Of a stretch of DNA of 32,030 nucleotides, positions 1 to 11,049 are shown piece by piece; the first letter of the stretch is position 1; each line of letters begins with the position of its first letter. The position numbers and the translations under genes are program-made. Below the pieces are notes generated by a model. That model did not search any database, had not been told where the DNA came from, and saw only the letters and a program-made list of their open reading frames with translations. The stretch covers positions 152,964,386 through 152,996,415 of the forward strand of contig NC_068981.1 in assembly GCF_001194135.2 (NCBI RefSeq), read 5' to 3'. This DNA is from Octopus bimaculoides (taxonomy: Eukaryota).

Positions 1-225
1 ACATAAAAGACACCATTTCGAGCGTGGCCGTTTTTGTACGGGTGACACGTAAAAGCCCCCACTACACTCTCTGAGTGGTTGGCGTTAGGAAGGGCATCCA
101 GCTGTAGAAACTCTGCCAAATTAGATTGGAGCCTGGTGTAGCCATCCGGTTGCACCAGTCCTCAGTCAAATCGTCCAACCCATGCTAGCATGGAAAGCGG
201 ACGTTAAACGATGATGATGATGATG
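1..225 (+). mobile_element. RTE-like LINE 3' end with (GAT)n tail (family B), young copy cut by the window edge
   Basis: ...GGAAGGGCATCCAGCTGTAGAAA...CCCATGCTAGCATGGAAAGCGGACGTTAAACGATGATGATG recurs many times in the window. CpGs are retained. Confidence 0.7.
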
Positions 226-499
226 TCAGTGTTCCTATAGTAAACAATAATTCCAACTTGCACCCCACCATCTTTGATGTCTGCAACCCTGTTGACTAAA
301 ATGTATTGAATGAAGTATAATTGATTTATTTTATTTGTGACTAATTAATTATCAAATATTGTAATCACTTTATTTTAGAGTGATATTGTAGGAACAGTTA
401 GCTGCTAGTGTAAGGGAACTGCAATAACTGGTTGCATCTAACTTAAATTCTGAGTTCAAATTCCATTGAAATTAATTTGGCTTTTCATCCTTTTGTTGT

Positions 500-1345
500 G
501 GTTGTTGTTTCTAGGTGAGCCCTGATCAAAGAGACCTATGATATCAAAGGCATCATGGTTTTTTGTATATATGTAACTACATTGTCTTGTTTCTTTTTTT
601 TTTTGTTCATTTTTACTTGTAAGATGGATGCGTGTGATTTGAAGGAGATTTGATTGTTGTTTCTAGCAGTTTGAACAGTCAGTTAGTGGTTCTCTTGTCC
701 TTCAAAGGATTTATAAATGACATGATGATAATGATGATGACAGATATATTTTGCGAGGATAGGTTCTCTTAATACATGTACCAAAGTTAAATATAAATAT
801 TACAGAAGCTATGCTTTTTTGTTTGTTTGTTTGTCTGTTTGTTTGTTTTAAGGATGTAGAAGGTTATTATTTAATATATTTCTGTGTGATTAAATATGAC
901 ATGTTGACATAGAAAACTATTATATTTGTTTTATATTTTTCTATGCTTTTTTAAAAAATATGTTTAATGTGTTTTTGTTGTTTGGCTATGAATCGTACCA
1001 CTCCTATCCTTCATAATACTTGAATGTGTTTCAACATGAGATGTAGTTGTGACTTGTTATCAGTGATAACAATCCTTGTGTGTATATTGGTGACAATATA
1101 GGACTGGCTTTTGAATGAAATGCAGCAGCTTGGGTTGTTGTACAGTGTTGTTGTAATTTAGCCATAGGTTAGCCCTGGATAAGCAGACCTATGATGAAAG
1201 ACCTCCCAACCATAGCCATCCTGTTTTTTTTTTTTTGTTCCAGACATACTATGTCCCAAATTACATTCTACGATGTGTCTTTTTTTTTTTTTTAAGATGT
1301 GGTCTGATATGAAGGAGATTTTGTTGCTATTTCTTATCGGTTGAG
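500..1345 (+). repeat. Two decayed copies of one interspersed repeat (~500-680 and ~1165-1345)
   Basis: Shared CCCTG(A/G)T..AG.AGACCTATGAT and GTG.T.TGA..GAAGGAGATTT.G.TG.T.TTTCT blocks; family unassigned. Confidence 0.5.
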
Positions 1346-2100
1346 TAAACATATGAAGGCTCCTTCATTGGCTTGGTGTTACATAATTAAATTATATAGA
1401 AGCTAAAGATAAGTAAACGAAATGAAATAAAAAAGAAAATAACATTTGAAAAGTTTCAAGTTCAGTAGATACTAATTATTCTAATTATGTAATGAACAGA
1501 TATTCTCATGTGAAGCATCCTGTTGTATATTTTACATTTATTTAGATTTTCTGTTGTAAGGCCAGAGTTAGTTTAATAACTAAAATCACTCTTGTTGAAA
1601 TTCATGTTGCAAATTATTTGCGTTAATTGATGGCCTGTATGAATAAAACATCTAAGTGGTTCTTTCAAAATTCTTGGTGAGATGATACAGCACTTTCCCA
1701 CCTTAAAATTTCAGTAGAATATTAATATTTTAACCCAGTTAAATGTGAGAATCATAGGAAATATGCATACAAAATAAATTTGCATTATGCTGAGCCAACA
1801 ACAGAGCCATTGTCTTTACGTGGACATTCAGTCTACTGGAATTAGCTGTCAAATCTCCTTCAAATCACTCTTATAAATGAGGATAGCATTGGAGAGGATA
1901 ACATTGTCGTCACAGATGGAATGTTGTCGATCATGTCTGTTCAGTAAAGCTAACCTGTGACTGACTAATCAACATGTATTATGTAATTACTAAAAACACA
2001 TTTTAATGCTGCTGTTCATCATCACCATCATCATCATCACTATCGTCATCATCACAACCAATACCCAGTACCACCACTATCATCATTATCATTAATATCA

Positions 2101-2313
2101 TGGCAACAAGCTGGCAGAGTTATTAGCACTCCAGCCAAAATGCTTAGTGACATTTTGTTCACCTTTATGTTCTGAGTTCAAAATCCACCAAGATCAACTT
2201 TGCCTTTCGTCCTTTCAGGGTCAATTGGTACTTATTTAAGTACCAATTGAGCACTAGGGTTGGTGTAATTGACTCTCCACAAAATTATTGACCTTGTGAC
2301 AAAATTTGAAACC
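2101..2313 (+). mobile_element. tRNA-derived SINE family D; a second partial copy follows at ~2331-2440
   Basis: CAAGCTGGCAGA...TTCTGAGTTCAAA(T)TCC (B-box-like)...TTTGCCTTTC...AAAATTTGAAACC followed by an (ATT)n tail. Confidence 0.65.
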
Positions 2314-2544
2314 ATTATTATTATTATTAAGATGGCAAGCTGGTAGAATCATTAACATGATGGACAAAATGCTGAGTAACATTTTGCTTGTCTATATTCT
2401 CAGTTCAAATTTTGCCAAGGTCACCTTTGCCTTTCATTTTATTATCATTATTTTAAATTTATAAAGTTAACAGAAATGTTTCTTTGTCTTTGAATGCAGG
2501 AAACATTCTGTTGAAGCTGTAGCTTTTGTTAATTTTTGATGGTA

Positions 2545-3673
2545 AGAAAATTGCCATTAGCTTCAACCACAACCTCCAGATGACTTCAGAATCTCCTCCA
2601 ACTCTTCTGGATGGTCTCCTTGTTTAAGTTGGTGAATGCTGCCTTAGTCCTTGCCTTCAGTTCATCTTTGATGTTACAAGGAATTTTGTTGGTCTCTCGC
2701 TCAACTGAGCCCCACACATAATAACCAAGGGGGTTGCTGTCTGGGGAGTTAGGTGGCTAGATGTTAAGGGTGATGTGGTTGCAGAAATTGTCTGAAAGCC
2801 ATGACTGGGTTCTCTTGCTTGTGTGGCATAGTGCAGAGTCCTGTTGCTAGACATAGGGTCTTCCAGCAGTCACCCTCTTGACCCAGGGCAGCACTACCAC
2901 CTCCAGGCACTTTATGTAGGCCTCCGTGTTGAGTGTGAGGCTGTGTGGGAAGATGAATAGAGGCATAACGTTGCCATCATTAGTGGTCACTTCAAACACC
3001 ATGATGTTGACTGAATGTTTGATTTTTATCACTCTTGGTACATATTTTGGGATGACGGCTAGCCAACAGTTGTTCTGTGTGTTCATCATCTGATCTTGGC
3101 TGAAATTTTTCTCTGAGAAAAACCAAAGCATGTTCTGTTGGAGGAGATGCTTGAGTTTGTTCAAAAGCTTCGTAGCGTGATCTTTCCTCTTGTCCTTGAT
3201 TGTTTGGGATAAAAATTGGCCCTTTCTCATCTTGTATGAGGAACACAGAATGTCTTCATGCACTACCTGCCTAGTGAGAAACTCAGACACTCCTATGTCC
3301 CTGGTGATTGACTTGGAGGGATCGTTGTCAATCATGGCCTCAATCTCACCAACAAATTCAGGAGTTCTTTTCTTATCAGAACAATCAGAGTGTGTTTTCT
3401 GAGCTGCCATACCTTTAATCCTCTGCACTGTCCTGAGATTGACCCTCAAACACTCTGAAATGTTCATATTGGAGCATCCGGCACAGATGCCAAGCAGTAC
3501 AGCATGTGATTTCCAAATTTCTGGCAGAGTAAATTGCGACATGGCGTTGTTTTTCTCACAGACAGTGCCCAACTGACTCTACTATACTGTGTAGTCAACA
3601 AAATCAAAAACAAACAATGCGCAATCACAAAATAAAAAATATAAAATGGCAACAATTTACTCATCGCACTCTG
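2545..3673 (-). mobile_element. Tc1/mariner DD37D (maT-like) transposon remnant; transposase pseudogene
   Basis: Minus strand reads MSQFTLPEIW...WFFS-EKNF...PYV*QQDSALCHTS...NI*PPNSPDSNPLGYYVWG...EANGNF, with 37 residues between the QQD Asp and the third catalytic position. First Asp is deleted, third is Gly, and there are three stops. One TIR (CAGAGTGCGATGAGTAAATT read on minus, TA at 3674-3675) is present; the other was not found. Confidence 0.88.
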
Positions 3674-3815
3674 TATATATGAACCTGAAATTATGTGGTT
3701 GCAAAGTGCATTTTTTAACCACATAGCCATGCCTGCACCTATTTCTTAACCATATATAGATATCATGATCTGTATTTACTTTGTGTACAGCAAGATTTGG
3801 GATGATTAAATTACA

Positions 3816-3980
3816 TCTAGGCAGGTTCAGGCGCTCCCTTCTTAAGATGACAGTGTGTTCTACACATGCAGTTCATTGGCACATGACATCCAGGGACACC
3901 ATCATCATAAAAGAGAGAAGTTATTCCCCTATGATGTATGGTACAGGGACCAGCATATTTTGAATCTAAACCTGCCTAGA
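3816..3980. mobile_element. Probable MITE (165 bp)
   Basis: Terminal inverted repeat TCTAGGCAGGTTCAG / CTAAACCTGCCTAGA (14/15); superfamily unclear. Confidence 0.45.
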
Positions 3981-4989
3981 CATATTAAGATTAAATATGC
4001 AATTAATAATTAGTAATAAATATGTAATTAGTAGTGTGTGTGTGTTTGTTCTGCCCACTGTTGGACAACTGGTATTGCTTAAATTCCCCTTAACTTTGTG
4101 GTTTGACAAGAAAGACTAATGGAATAAGTACCTAACTATATAAAAAAAAACAATTGTTGATTTGTTTGACTTAAACCTTCAAGGTGGTACTCCAGAATGG
4201 CTGCAGTCTAATGACTGAAACGTGTAAAGTAAAAGATAAATTCTCTCTAATCTGATTAATAATCATAAATTCTATCTAATATGATTAATAATTCATAATG
4301 ATTAGGCTGGTTTCCATTCACCACTCTGATTTTGATTAACTGATTCGTTTTCTGGCAAATGTTAAAGTTTGCTATTTGAAGTAGTTGCGAGATCCTAACT
4401 TTTACCATTCTTAAATCCTGGATCTCTTCCAAAACAATATCTATCATATTTCTACTGCTCAGTATTTTTAGATATCTGGAATAAAGTTTGCACATTTTCT
4501 CCAAAGTAATTTGCTGTAATCTGAAGAATTGTCTTGGGTTAAAAAATTAGGTTACATGGTTCAAAAGTAGTTTGCATGCATTGTGATGGAAAATAAATAT
4601 TTGAGGAAGGTTTTGTTTTGGGAGGAATTTAATAGAGAAGTTCATTATATTTGACATTAAATATTATTTTGATACTAAAATTATTCTTGGAATTGCTTAT
4701 TTGTCACAGAATTGCTATTCATTTTTCTATGCACAATTGTTTGTTCATTTGTTCATCAGAGCTGCTAAAGGGTGGTCAGCCTTAGTTCAAAACCCACTGA
4801 GATGTACTTTGACATTCATCTCTCTGTGGTCAATAGATAAAGTTCAAGATGGATTCCAGAGTCTATATAATCAATTGCTTCTCACCCCACCTTGAAAAAT
4901 AAACTCATAGAATAGTAAGAAACTTCTATTCCTTTGCCAAAAATATTATATAAAAAGCAATTTCATTATTTACATTCGACAGATATTTG

Positions 4990-5059
4990 TCCTCATCTTG
5001 TTTGTTGTTAACACATTTCGGCTGATATATCCTCCAGCCTTCTTCAGGTGTCTTGAGGA
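4990..5059 (-). ncRNA. Decayed minimal type I hammerhead ribozyme motif in the PLE pLTR
   Basis: Minus strand GACAC-CTGAAGA-A-GGCTG-GAGGATATAT-CAGCC-GAAA-T-GTGTT. Stem I (GACAC/GTGTT) and stem II are present; stem III and the NUH triplet are lost. Confidence 0.6.
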
Positions 5060-5125
5060 AATTTCGAACCTCGGTTCTCGTTCCTAAGGCATTTTTCAAT
5101 GTTGTTATTGTTCAGGTCATTGCTT

Positions 5126-5190
5126 GGAATCGAACTCGGAATCTTGGAATTAGTAGCCTACGCTCTTAACCACTACACCATATGCCCGTG
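5126..5190 (-). promoter_or_regulatory. tRNA-like internal Pol III promoter (A and B boxes) inside the PLE 3' region
   Basis: A box TGGTGTAGTGG (5170-5180) and B box GAGTTCGATTCC (5126-5137) are 32 nt apart. Cloverleaf stems pair poorly, so this is not a functional tRNA. Confidence 0.55.
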
Positions 5191-5629
5191 GGCAATTATG
5201 GACTGAATTTTAGGGCTTATAAATCTAATATTTTTCTATCCTTCCTTAATACCAGTTCCCATATGCTGCTCATATCTGCACTTGGTCTTCTTAGGAGGTT
5301 GTTGTGTCCTAGTATATGTGCTGCTTCTTTTAGTTTTCGTATTTTCCAGTGGTGTTCTCTGTCTATTATTTTAACTTCATCCCACAGGGGAAGGTGGTCT
5401 CCATTTTTCCATACATGATCAACTATACCCAATTTATCAATATCTCCTCGTGTCACAGCTTTGTGATGTTCCTCTACCCTTATTATGAGGGGGCGGCATA
5501 TTTCGCCTTTGTATAACCTACCACAGCTGTATGGGATGGAGTACACGCAGTCTTTGATCATATTCTCTTCTGTGGGTGGTTTTACTCGAAAGAGATATTT
5601 GCGAAGCATTGTATTACTCTTGAATACGT

Positions 5630-5771
5630 ATCTTAGCGGTTCAGCAAAAGAGCCTGATAGAATAAGTACTAGGCTTTCAAAGAATAAGTCCTGGGGTCAA
5701 TTTCTTCAACTAACGCCCTTTAAGGTGGTGCTCCACAGCCAGATGACTGAAACAAGTAAAAGAATAAAAGA

Positions 5772-5772
<1 letters not shown>
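5630..5772 (+). mobile_element. SINE family A 3' part (another decayed 3' part at ~4040-4238)
   Basis: GATAGAATAAGTACT...GGTGCTCC...ATGACTGAAACAAGTAAAAGA tail is shared with the full copies. Confidence 0.7.
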
Positions 5773-5806
<34 letters not shown>

Positions 5807-6194
5807 NNNNNNNNNNNNNNNNNNNNNNNNNNNNNNNNNNNNNNNNNNNNNNNNNNNNNNNNNNNNNNNNNNNNNNNNNNNNNNNNNNNNNNNNNNNNNN
5901 NNNNNNNNNNNNNNNNNNNNNNNNNNNNNNNNNNNNNNNNNNNNNNNNNNNNNNNNNNNNNNNNNNNNNNNNNNNNNNNNNNNNNNNNNNNNNNNNNNNN
6001 NNNNNNNNNNNNNNNNNNNNNNNNNNNNNNNNNNNNNNNNNNNNNNNNNNNNNNNNNNNNNNNNNNNNNNNNNNNNNNNNNNNNNNNNNNNNNNNNNNNN
6101 NNNNNNNNNNNNNNNNNNNNNNNNNNNNNNNNNNNNNNNNNNNNNNNNNNNNNNNNNNNNNNNNNNNNNNNNNNNNNNNNNNNNNNNNNNNNNN
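5807..6194. other. Assembly gap (388 N) next to (TA)n
   Basis: N run. Confidence 0.99.
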
Positions 6195-6195
6195 A

Positions 6196-6455
6196 GAGAG
6201 TGTAGTGGGTGCTTTTACGTGTCACCCGCACGAAAACGGCCACGCTCGAAATGGTGTCTTTTATGTGCCACCCGCACAAGCCAGTCCAGGGGCACTGGCA
6301 ACGATCTCGCTCGAAAATCCTACAGGAGCCAGTCAGGCGGTACTGGCAACGGCCACGCTCAAAATGGTGCATCTCATGTGCCACCCGCACAAGAACCAGT
6401 CCAGGGGCACTGGCAACGATCTTACTTGGCTTGCCGGGTCTTCTCACGCACAGCC
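6196..6455 (-). mobile_element. RTE-like LINE 3' UTR fragment (family B) with a ~113-nt internal tandem repeat; continues into the gap
   Basis: 6196-6266 is the reverse complement of 1-71 with 3 mismatches. The unit GGCCACGCTC...CACTGGCAACGATCT occurs twice. Confidence 0.75.
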
Positions 6456-6929
6456 CATTTCCCACTTTTCATTTATTTTGTAAGATATCAAAATTTTCAT
6501 CACATTACTGTGTGTATACCTAGTTACTAACATGAGTCCACAATGACTGAAATGGATTTGTGTCAGTAACCAGGAAATACAGTGGTGTTATAAAATATAA
6601 ATATAGTTTTTATCTTGTTTCTTTTGATAGTTAAAATGACTCTTCCACACAACACAAGATCTCAGACCAAATCACTTGCCAAACAAGTACAACTTTGATC
6701 TTATTTAAATATTTATTTTCATTCATGTAATTAAGGCATATCCATATATTGCAGTAAAACAACCAAGGGTTGAACTTTACTACTATTGACTGCTTACAGA
6801 ATGTATGATGAGAGAGAACTCTGACAAACTAATAATCATGATGGACTTTCTCATTGAAGATAACTTATGAGTGTTCTGCTTTTGCTGTATGACCTGCACA
6901 AATGATTAGTTTATTGTGATGAAATGCAT

Positions 6930-7140
6930 GTGCCATACATTAGCTCACTCCCTCCATTAAACCAACTTTACCTGAACTGATGCATGGTGGACCACACGTC
7001 AGGTGCCTAAGTGATTGCAGAGCAATGTGATTGAATTGTTTTGCTCAAGAACACAACACACCCCCTGGTCTAGGAATTGAAACTATGATCTTGCAATCAT
7101 GAATGCAACACCCTAACCATTAGGCCATGCATCCTCACTG
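6930..7140 (-). mobile_element. tRNA-derived SINE family F (second copy ~31790-31992, minus)
   Basis: Both share TAGCTCACTCCC...GCTCAAGAACACAAC/GCTAAAAGACACAAC...GGAATTGAAA.TATGATCTTGCAATCATGA; the tRNA-like head is on minus. Confidence 0.6.
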
Positions 7141-7165
7141 GATACAATGATGATGATGATGATAA

Positions 7166-7380
7166 TTTCAAATTTTGACACAAGGCTGGCAAGTTCGTGG
7201 GAGTGGGGTAAGTTGATTACATCTCCGTCCTCCTTCTCAAATGGTACTTATTTTATCGATCTCAAAAGGATGAAAGGCAAAGTCGTCCTTGGCGGCATTT
7301 GAACTCAGAATGTATGGACAGAAGAAATGCCACTAAGCATTTTTCCCAGCACAGTAACAGTTCTGTCAGCTTGCCGCCTT
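7166..7380 (-). mobile_element. SINE family D, minus (further minus copies at 7772-7982 and 9462-9612)
   Basis: Reverse complement of the 2101-2313 element. Confidence 0.7.
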
Positions 7381-7399
7381 AATAATAATAAGAATAATA

Positions 7400-7770
7400 G
7401 TACCAAGAGCACCCAGAGAGTGCAAACCTCCACCAAGGCAACACCAATGTCCTCTCAACGATTAGCCGGAGAAGATTTTTAAAATGAGAATATCTGAAAT
7501 AAACTCGACTGCTCTCACAAACGAGAATACTAAAGATAAACCCTACCAATCTCAAAAATTAAGTAACAAAGACGGAAAAGCAATCCAGAATCCTTGTCCG
7601 GTACTGGATCAATCCCAAAATCTAATCAGTTTGTGCCAGTCACAAGGCCAAACATCCCTGAAAGTGTCATCCGAATCCATCCAGTTGTTCTTGAGATATC
7701 TTGTCCACGGACAAACAAACAAACATGACTGAAAACAATATCTCTGCTTTCACTAAATGGGAGGTAATAA
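7400..7770 (+). mobile_element. Probable Helentron-associated non-autonomous element (HINE/DINE-1-like)
   Basis: Subterminal inverted repeat ACCTCC (7426) / GGAGGT (7760), internal (CAAA)n microsatellite near the 3' end, CATCCGAATCCATCCAG core, A/T-rich insertion context. Confidence 0.5.
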
Positions 7771-7771
7771 T

Positions 7772-7982
7772 GGTTTCAAATTTTGCCACAGGGCAGGAAT
7801 TTTGGGAGAGGGGATGAGTCAATTACATCGACCCCGGTATTCAACTGGTACTTACCTTAACAACCTTGAAGGGATGAAAGGCAAAGTCGACCTTGGCAGA
7901 ATTTGAACTCAGAACGTAGTGACGGGCAAAATACCACTAAGCATTTTGTCCACCGTGCTGATGATTCTGCCAGCTTGCCACC
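7772..7982 (-). mobile_element. SINE family D, with a (TAA)n tract at 7985-8043
   Basis: GGTTTCAAATTTTG...GGCAAAGTCGACCTTGGCAGAATTTGAACTCAGAA...CTGCCAGCTTGCC. Confidence 0.72.
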
Positions 7983-7997
7983 TTAATAATAATAATG

Positions 7998-8031
<34 letters not shown>

Positions 8032-10408
8032 TAATAATAATAAAGTGAAAATTAAATAAATAGTGCATGTATTTATTGACAAAAGATGACCATCCTCAAA
8101 TATAAGTAGGTGAATAGTTGTATGTATCAATATTGTGAAGGTTAATAGCCTACATTTATTGATTTAAATTTTACTGTCTCTGCTCATTTGTGTTGGCTAT
8201 CTTTTAAAAGATGAGGTGGTCATGTTTCAGTTGGATAACATTGCTATGTAAAAACTGAACTGAGAATCTATTTTTCAACAGTGAAGAATGATATTTGTCA
8301 ACAATTAGATCAAAACCAGTTATGCTTTTATATTCCTTGTTCAGGTGTGGTATTGTTTAAATAAATCCTCATGCTACATATATAAACATAGTAGATGTGT
8401 CTGTACACATGTATGCTTATCCTGGCTGAGCAACAAAAATATGTGCACACATACAAAAACACACACATCCACCACCTTCACCATCATCATCATCTTCCAC
8501 TTGCTTTCCATACTGGTATATAAGTTGGATGGGTCATCATGTTCCCCTGGTCAGTTCTTATTAGTTATGGCTCTCATAGATTCATTAGTCCCCTTAGTTA
8601 TACTTCACTTCATATACAGAATGTGTGAGGAAAGAGTAAAAGAGAGTTATAGAAAGAGTCAATATGCATATACTAGGCTTGGTGGCAGGCAGTGAATGAA
8701 AGAATGCTACAGGCACAGTAAGAGAGAAAAAATTATTAGTAGTATTCCACTGAGGTCAAACTTGCTTTTCCTCCTTTTGGAGTTGATGAATTAAGTACTA
8801 GTTGTGTTCTGAGCTCAGTGTAATCCATTAGCCTCCTCGACTCCAAATTTCAGGCTTTGTGCCTATAATAGAAAGGATTATTATTAGTAGTAGCAGTGGT
8901 AGTAGTAGTGTTGCTGCTGATATTAGAGTATTAACTCTGTAATTAAAAAAAAAATTTTTTTTCTAATTTTATTTTCAGTTTCAGTCATATTATTGTTGTT
9001 GTTGCTTTTATCATGGAAGGTGCTGCTATTAGAACAGTTAATATTGGCATCAGTCACAATGACATCAATGACATTACTACAATTATAATCAAGGTTAGTA
9101 GAACTGCTATTATAAGATACTTTAGGATATGTACAGGTATGACCTAATTTTTGTCTATTAGAAGCTGCAATTATATAACCAAGATTAGGTGTTATAGAGT
9201 AAGAGAGCTTTATAGTGAAGATTAGACTTTGGAATATTTGAAAGAAATTCTGAAATCTAATTTCTTTCCTTACCAATCCACTTTTTAAAACTTTCATTAT
9301 GAAGCTCTCTTACTTTGCTACACCTAACCTTTGTTCTTTAATCACAGCTTCTAATAGACAAAAATTTGGCTTTATCCATACATACCTTGGAGTAGCTTAT
9401 AATGGAAGTTCTACTGGCCTTGTCGATCAAATTGTAGTAGTAATAATAATAATAATAGTGATTTTGAATTTTGGCACAGGACTAGTAGTATTTGAGGAGA
9501 GGTGGGCTGGTAGTTTTTGACCCTGAAAGAATGACAAAGTTGATCTCAATAGAATTTGAACTCAGAACAGATGGATGAAATGCTGCGATTGGTTCAGCCA
9601 GCTCGCTGCCTTAATAATAATAATAACAACAACACCAATATTGTTTTGATTAATGCCAATATTAATTATACTAATGGCAATAATAGCATCTATGACTAAA
9701 AAAGAAACAGTCGTGGTTATTTTAGTTTTGATTTTATAACAAGATGTCTTTCCTGTCATTATTTCCAGTAGTTGAATAAATAGCAGAATGTCAATGAGAT
9801 AAATTATTGTTCATGAGATGTATTGTTGTTACTGTGCATATGTAAATGTATATATTAACAAATGTCAGCAGCATCAGTAGCATCATCATCATCATCTTTT
9901 AATGTCCATCTTCCATACTGGCATAGGTTGGATGGTTTGACAGGATCTGACATATCTGGGGACTACATCATGTTTCAGTGTCTGCTTTGGTATGCTTTCT
10001 TTTGCTGTGTGCCCCTCTTCTAACAGCAACTACTTTGTAGGGTGTACTGATGTTAGTATGGTCATTTAGTTGTAGAAACCAAGCTAAAAGCAGACATTGG
10101 AAGATGATTCGATCCTTCAACCCACTGGATCCTGCTAATATCTATAAAGCGAATAAAAGTTGTATATTTGGTATGTAGTGATATGAATTGTTAACACCAT
10201 GAAAGAAGTTGAGTTGTGTATGAGAATACATGGGCTTATAAATAACACAAGATCAAGTGATATGGAAGGATACTGCATTGCTTGCTCACCTATTCAACAT
10301 ATGCTTACCTGAAAACTGTAGATATTAAAACAATGATGAAAATTACAATTATAATTTTTTTCACTATTGATCTCATTTCTAGTGATTACAATTATTCTGG
10401 TGTGTGTA

Positions 10409-10441
<33 letters not shown>

Positions 10442-10469
10442 GAAATCATAAGTGTGGCAGTTGCCTGTA

Positions 10470-10790
10470 GCATGATCTTCAAATGTCAGGCCTCATGAAG
10501 GCAATGACAACTGACCGAGACCTTTGGTAATATTCTGTGCTTGAGAAGACTTTGTCAAGCCAAAGTGAAAGTGAAAGTAGTCATGACAGTTGCCAGTGTT
10601 ATGTAAATGGCGCCTGTGTTGATGGCACGTAAAACACACCCATTACACTCTCTGAGTGGTTTGCATTAGGAAGGGCATCCAGCCATAGAAACCATGCCAA
10701 ATCAGACTAGAACCTGGTGCAGCCTTCCAGTAAAACTCTCTAACCCATGCCAGTATGGTAAGTGGACATTAAGTGATGATAATGAGGATA
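10470..10790 (+). mobile_element. RTE-like LINE 3' end (family B) including ORF2 C-terminus
   Basis: Translates GLMKAMTTDRDLW*YSVLEKT (DRxxW-type RTE terminus), then the family B 3' UTR and a GATGAT tail. Other decayed copies lie at ~9885-10050(-), ~22590-22870(+), ~27700-27930(+) and ~28670-28745(+). Confidence 0.65.
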
Positions 10791-10979
10791 TACATACACA
10801 CACTCACTTACACAACATAGGACTGGATTTGAACTAGGAATTTTTATTTATAAATTAGAATGCAAGTGGTAATGAAGTTCACATTACAACCAAATGGCTT
10901 CATGGCTTCCACTGCATGACACCTTGACCAAGTGTTTTGTATTATAGTCTCAGGTTTTGTGAGTAAGATTGGTCAAGAA

Positions 10980-10980
<1 letters not shown>

Positions 10981-11046
<66 letters not shown>
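10981..11046. repeat. (CT)n microsatellite
   Basis: Direct reading. Confidence 0.95.

Positions 11047-11049
<3 letters not shown>

Larger units (their letters stand above)
4960..5620 (-). mobile_element. Penelope-like retroelement 3' end: GIY-YIG endonuclease remnant plus pLTR
   Basis: ORF 5217..5609 (CVYSIPYSCGRLYKGEICRPLIIRVEEH...WDEVKIIDREHHWKIRKLKEAAHI) is a typical PLE GIY-YIG C-terminus. It is 5'-truncated and followed by a tRNA-like module and a hammerhead core. Confidence 0.85.

Noticed and set aside
2560-2850. Idea that A-to-I editing could rescue the maT transposase (two TAG at Trp positions)
   Set aside because: Editing cannot restore the deleted first Asp or the Gly at the third Asp, and one TIR is missing.
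4256-4504. 82-aa minus ORF with protein-like composition
   Set aside because: No recognisable motif or splice context; starts at TTG in AT-rich DNA.
4707-4785. CAG|A ATT GCT resembling the start of the missing TBC1D13 exon (R-I-A)
   Set aside because: Downstream codons do not resemble TBC1D13, there is no donor at the expected phase and the frame reaches a stop.
5126-5190. Possible tRNA gene (also SINE heads at 16096, 17554 and 26063)
   Set aside because: Cloverleaf stems do not pair and all are embedded in repeats; tRNA-derived only.
5485-6530. Long ORFs of 332, 251, 104 and 103 aa
   Set aside because: They run through an N gap, (TA)n and RTE 3' UTR repeats, or antisense to the PLE; not real genes.
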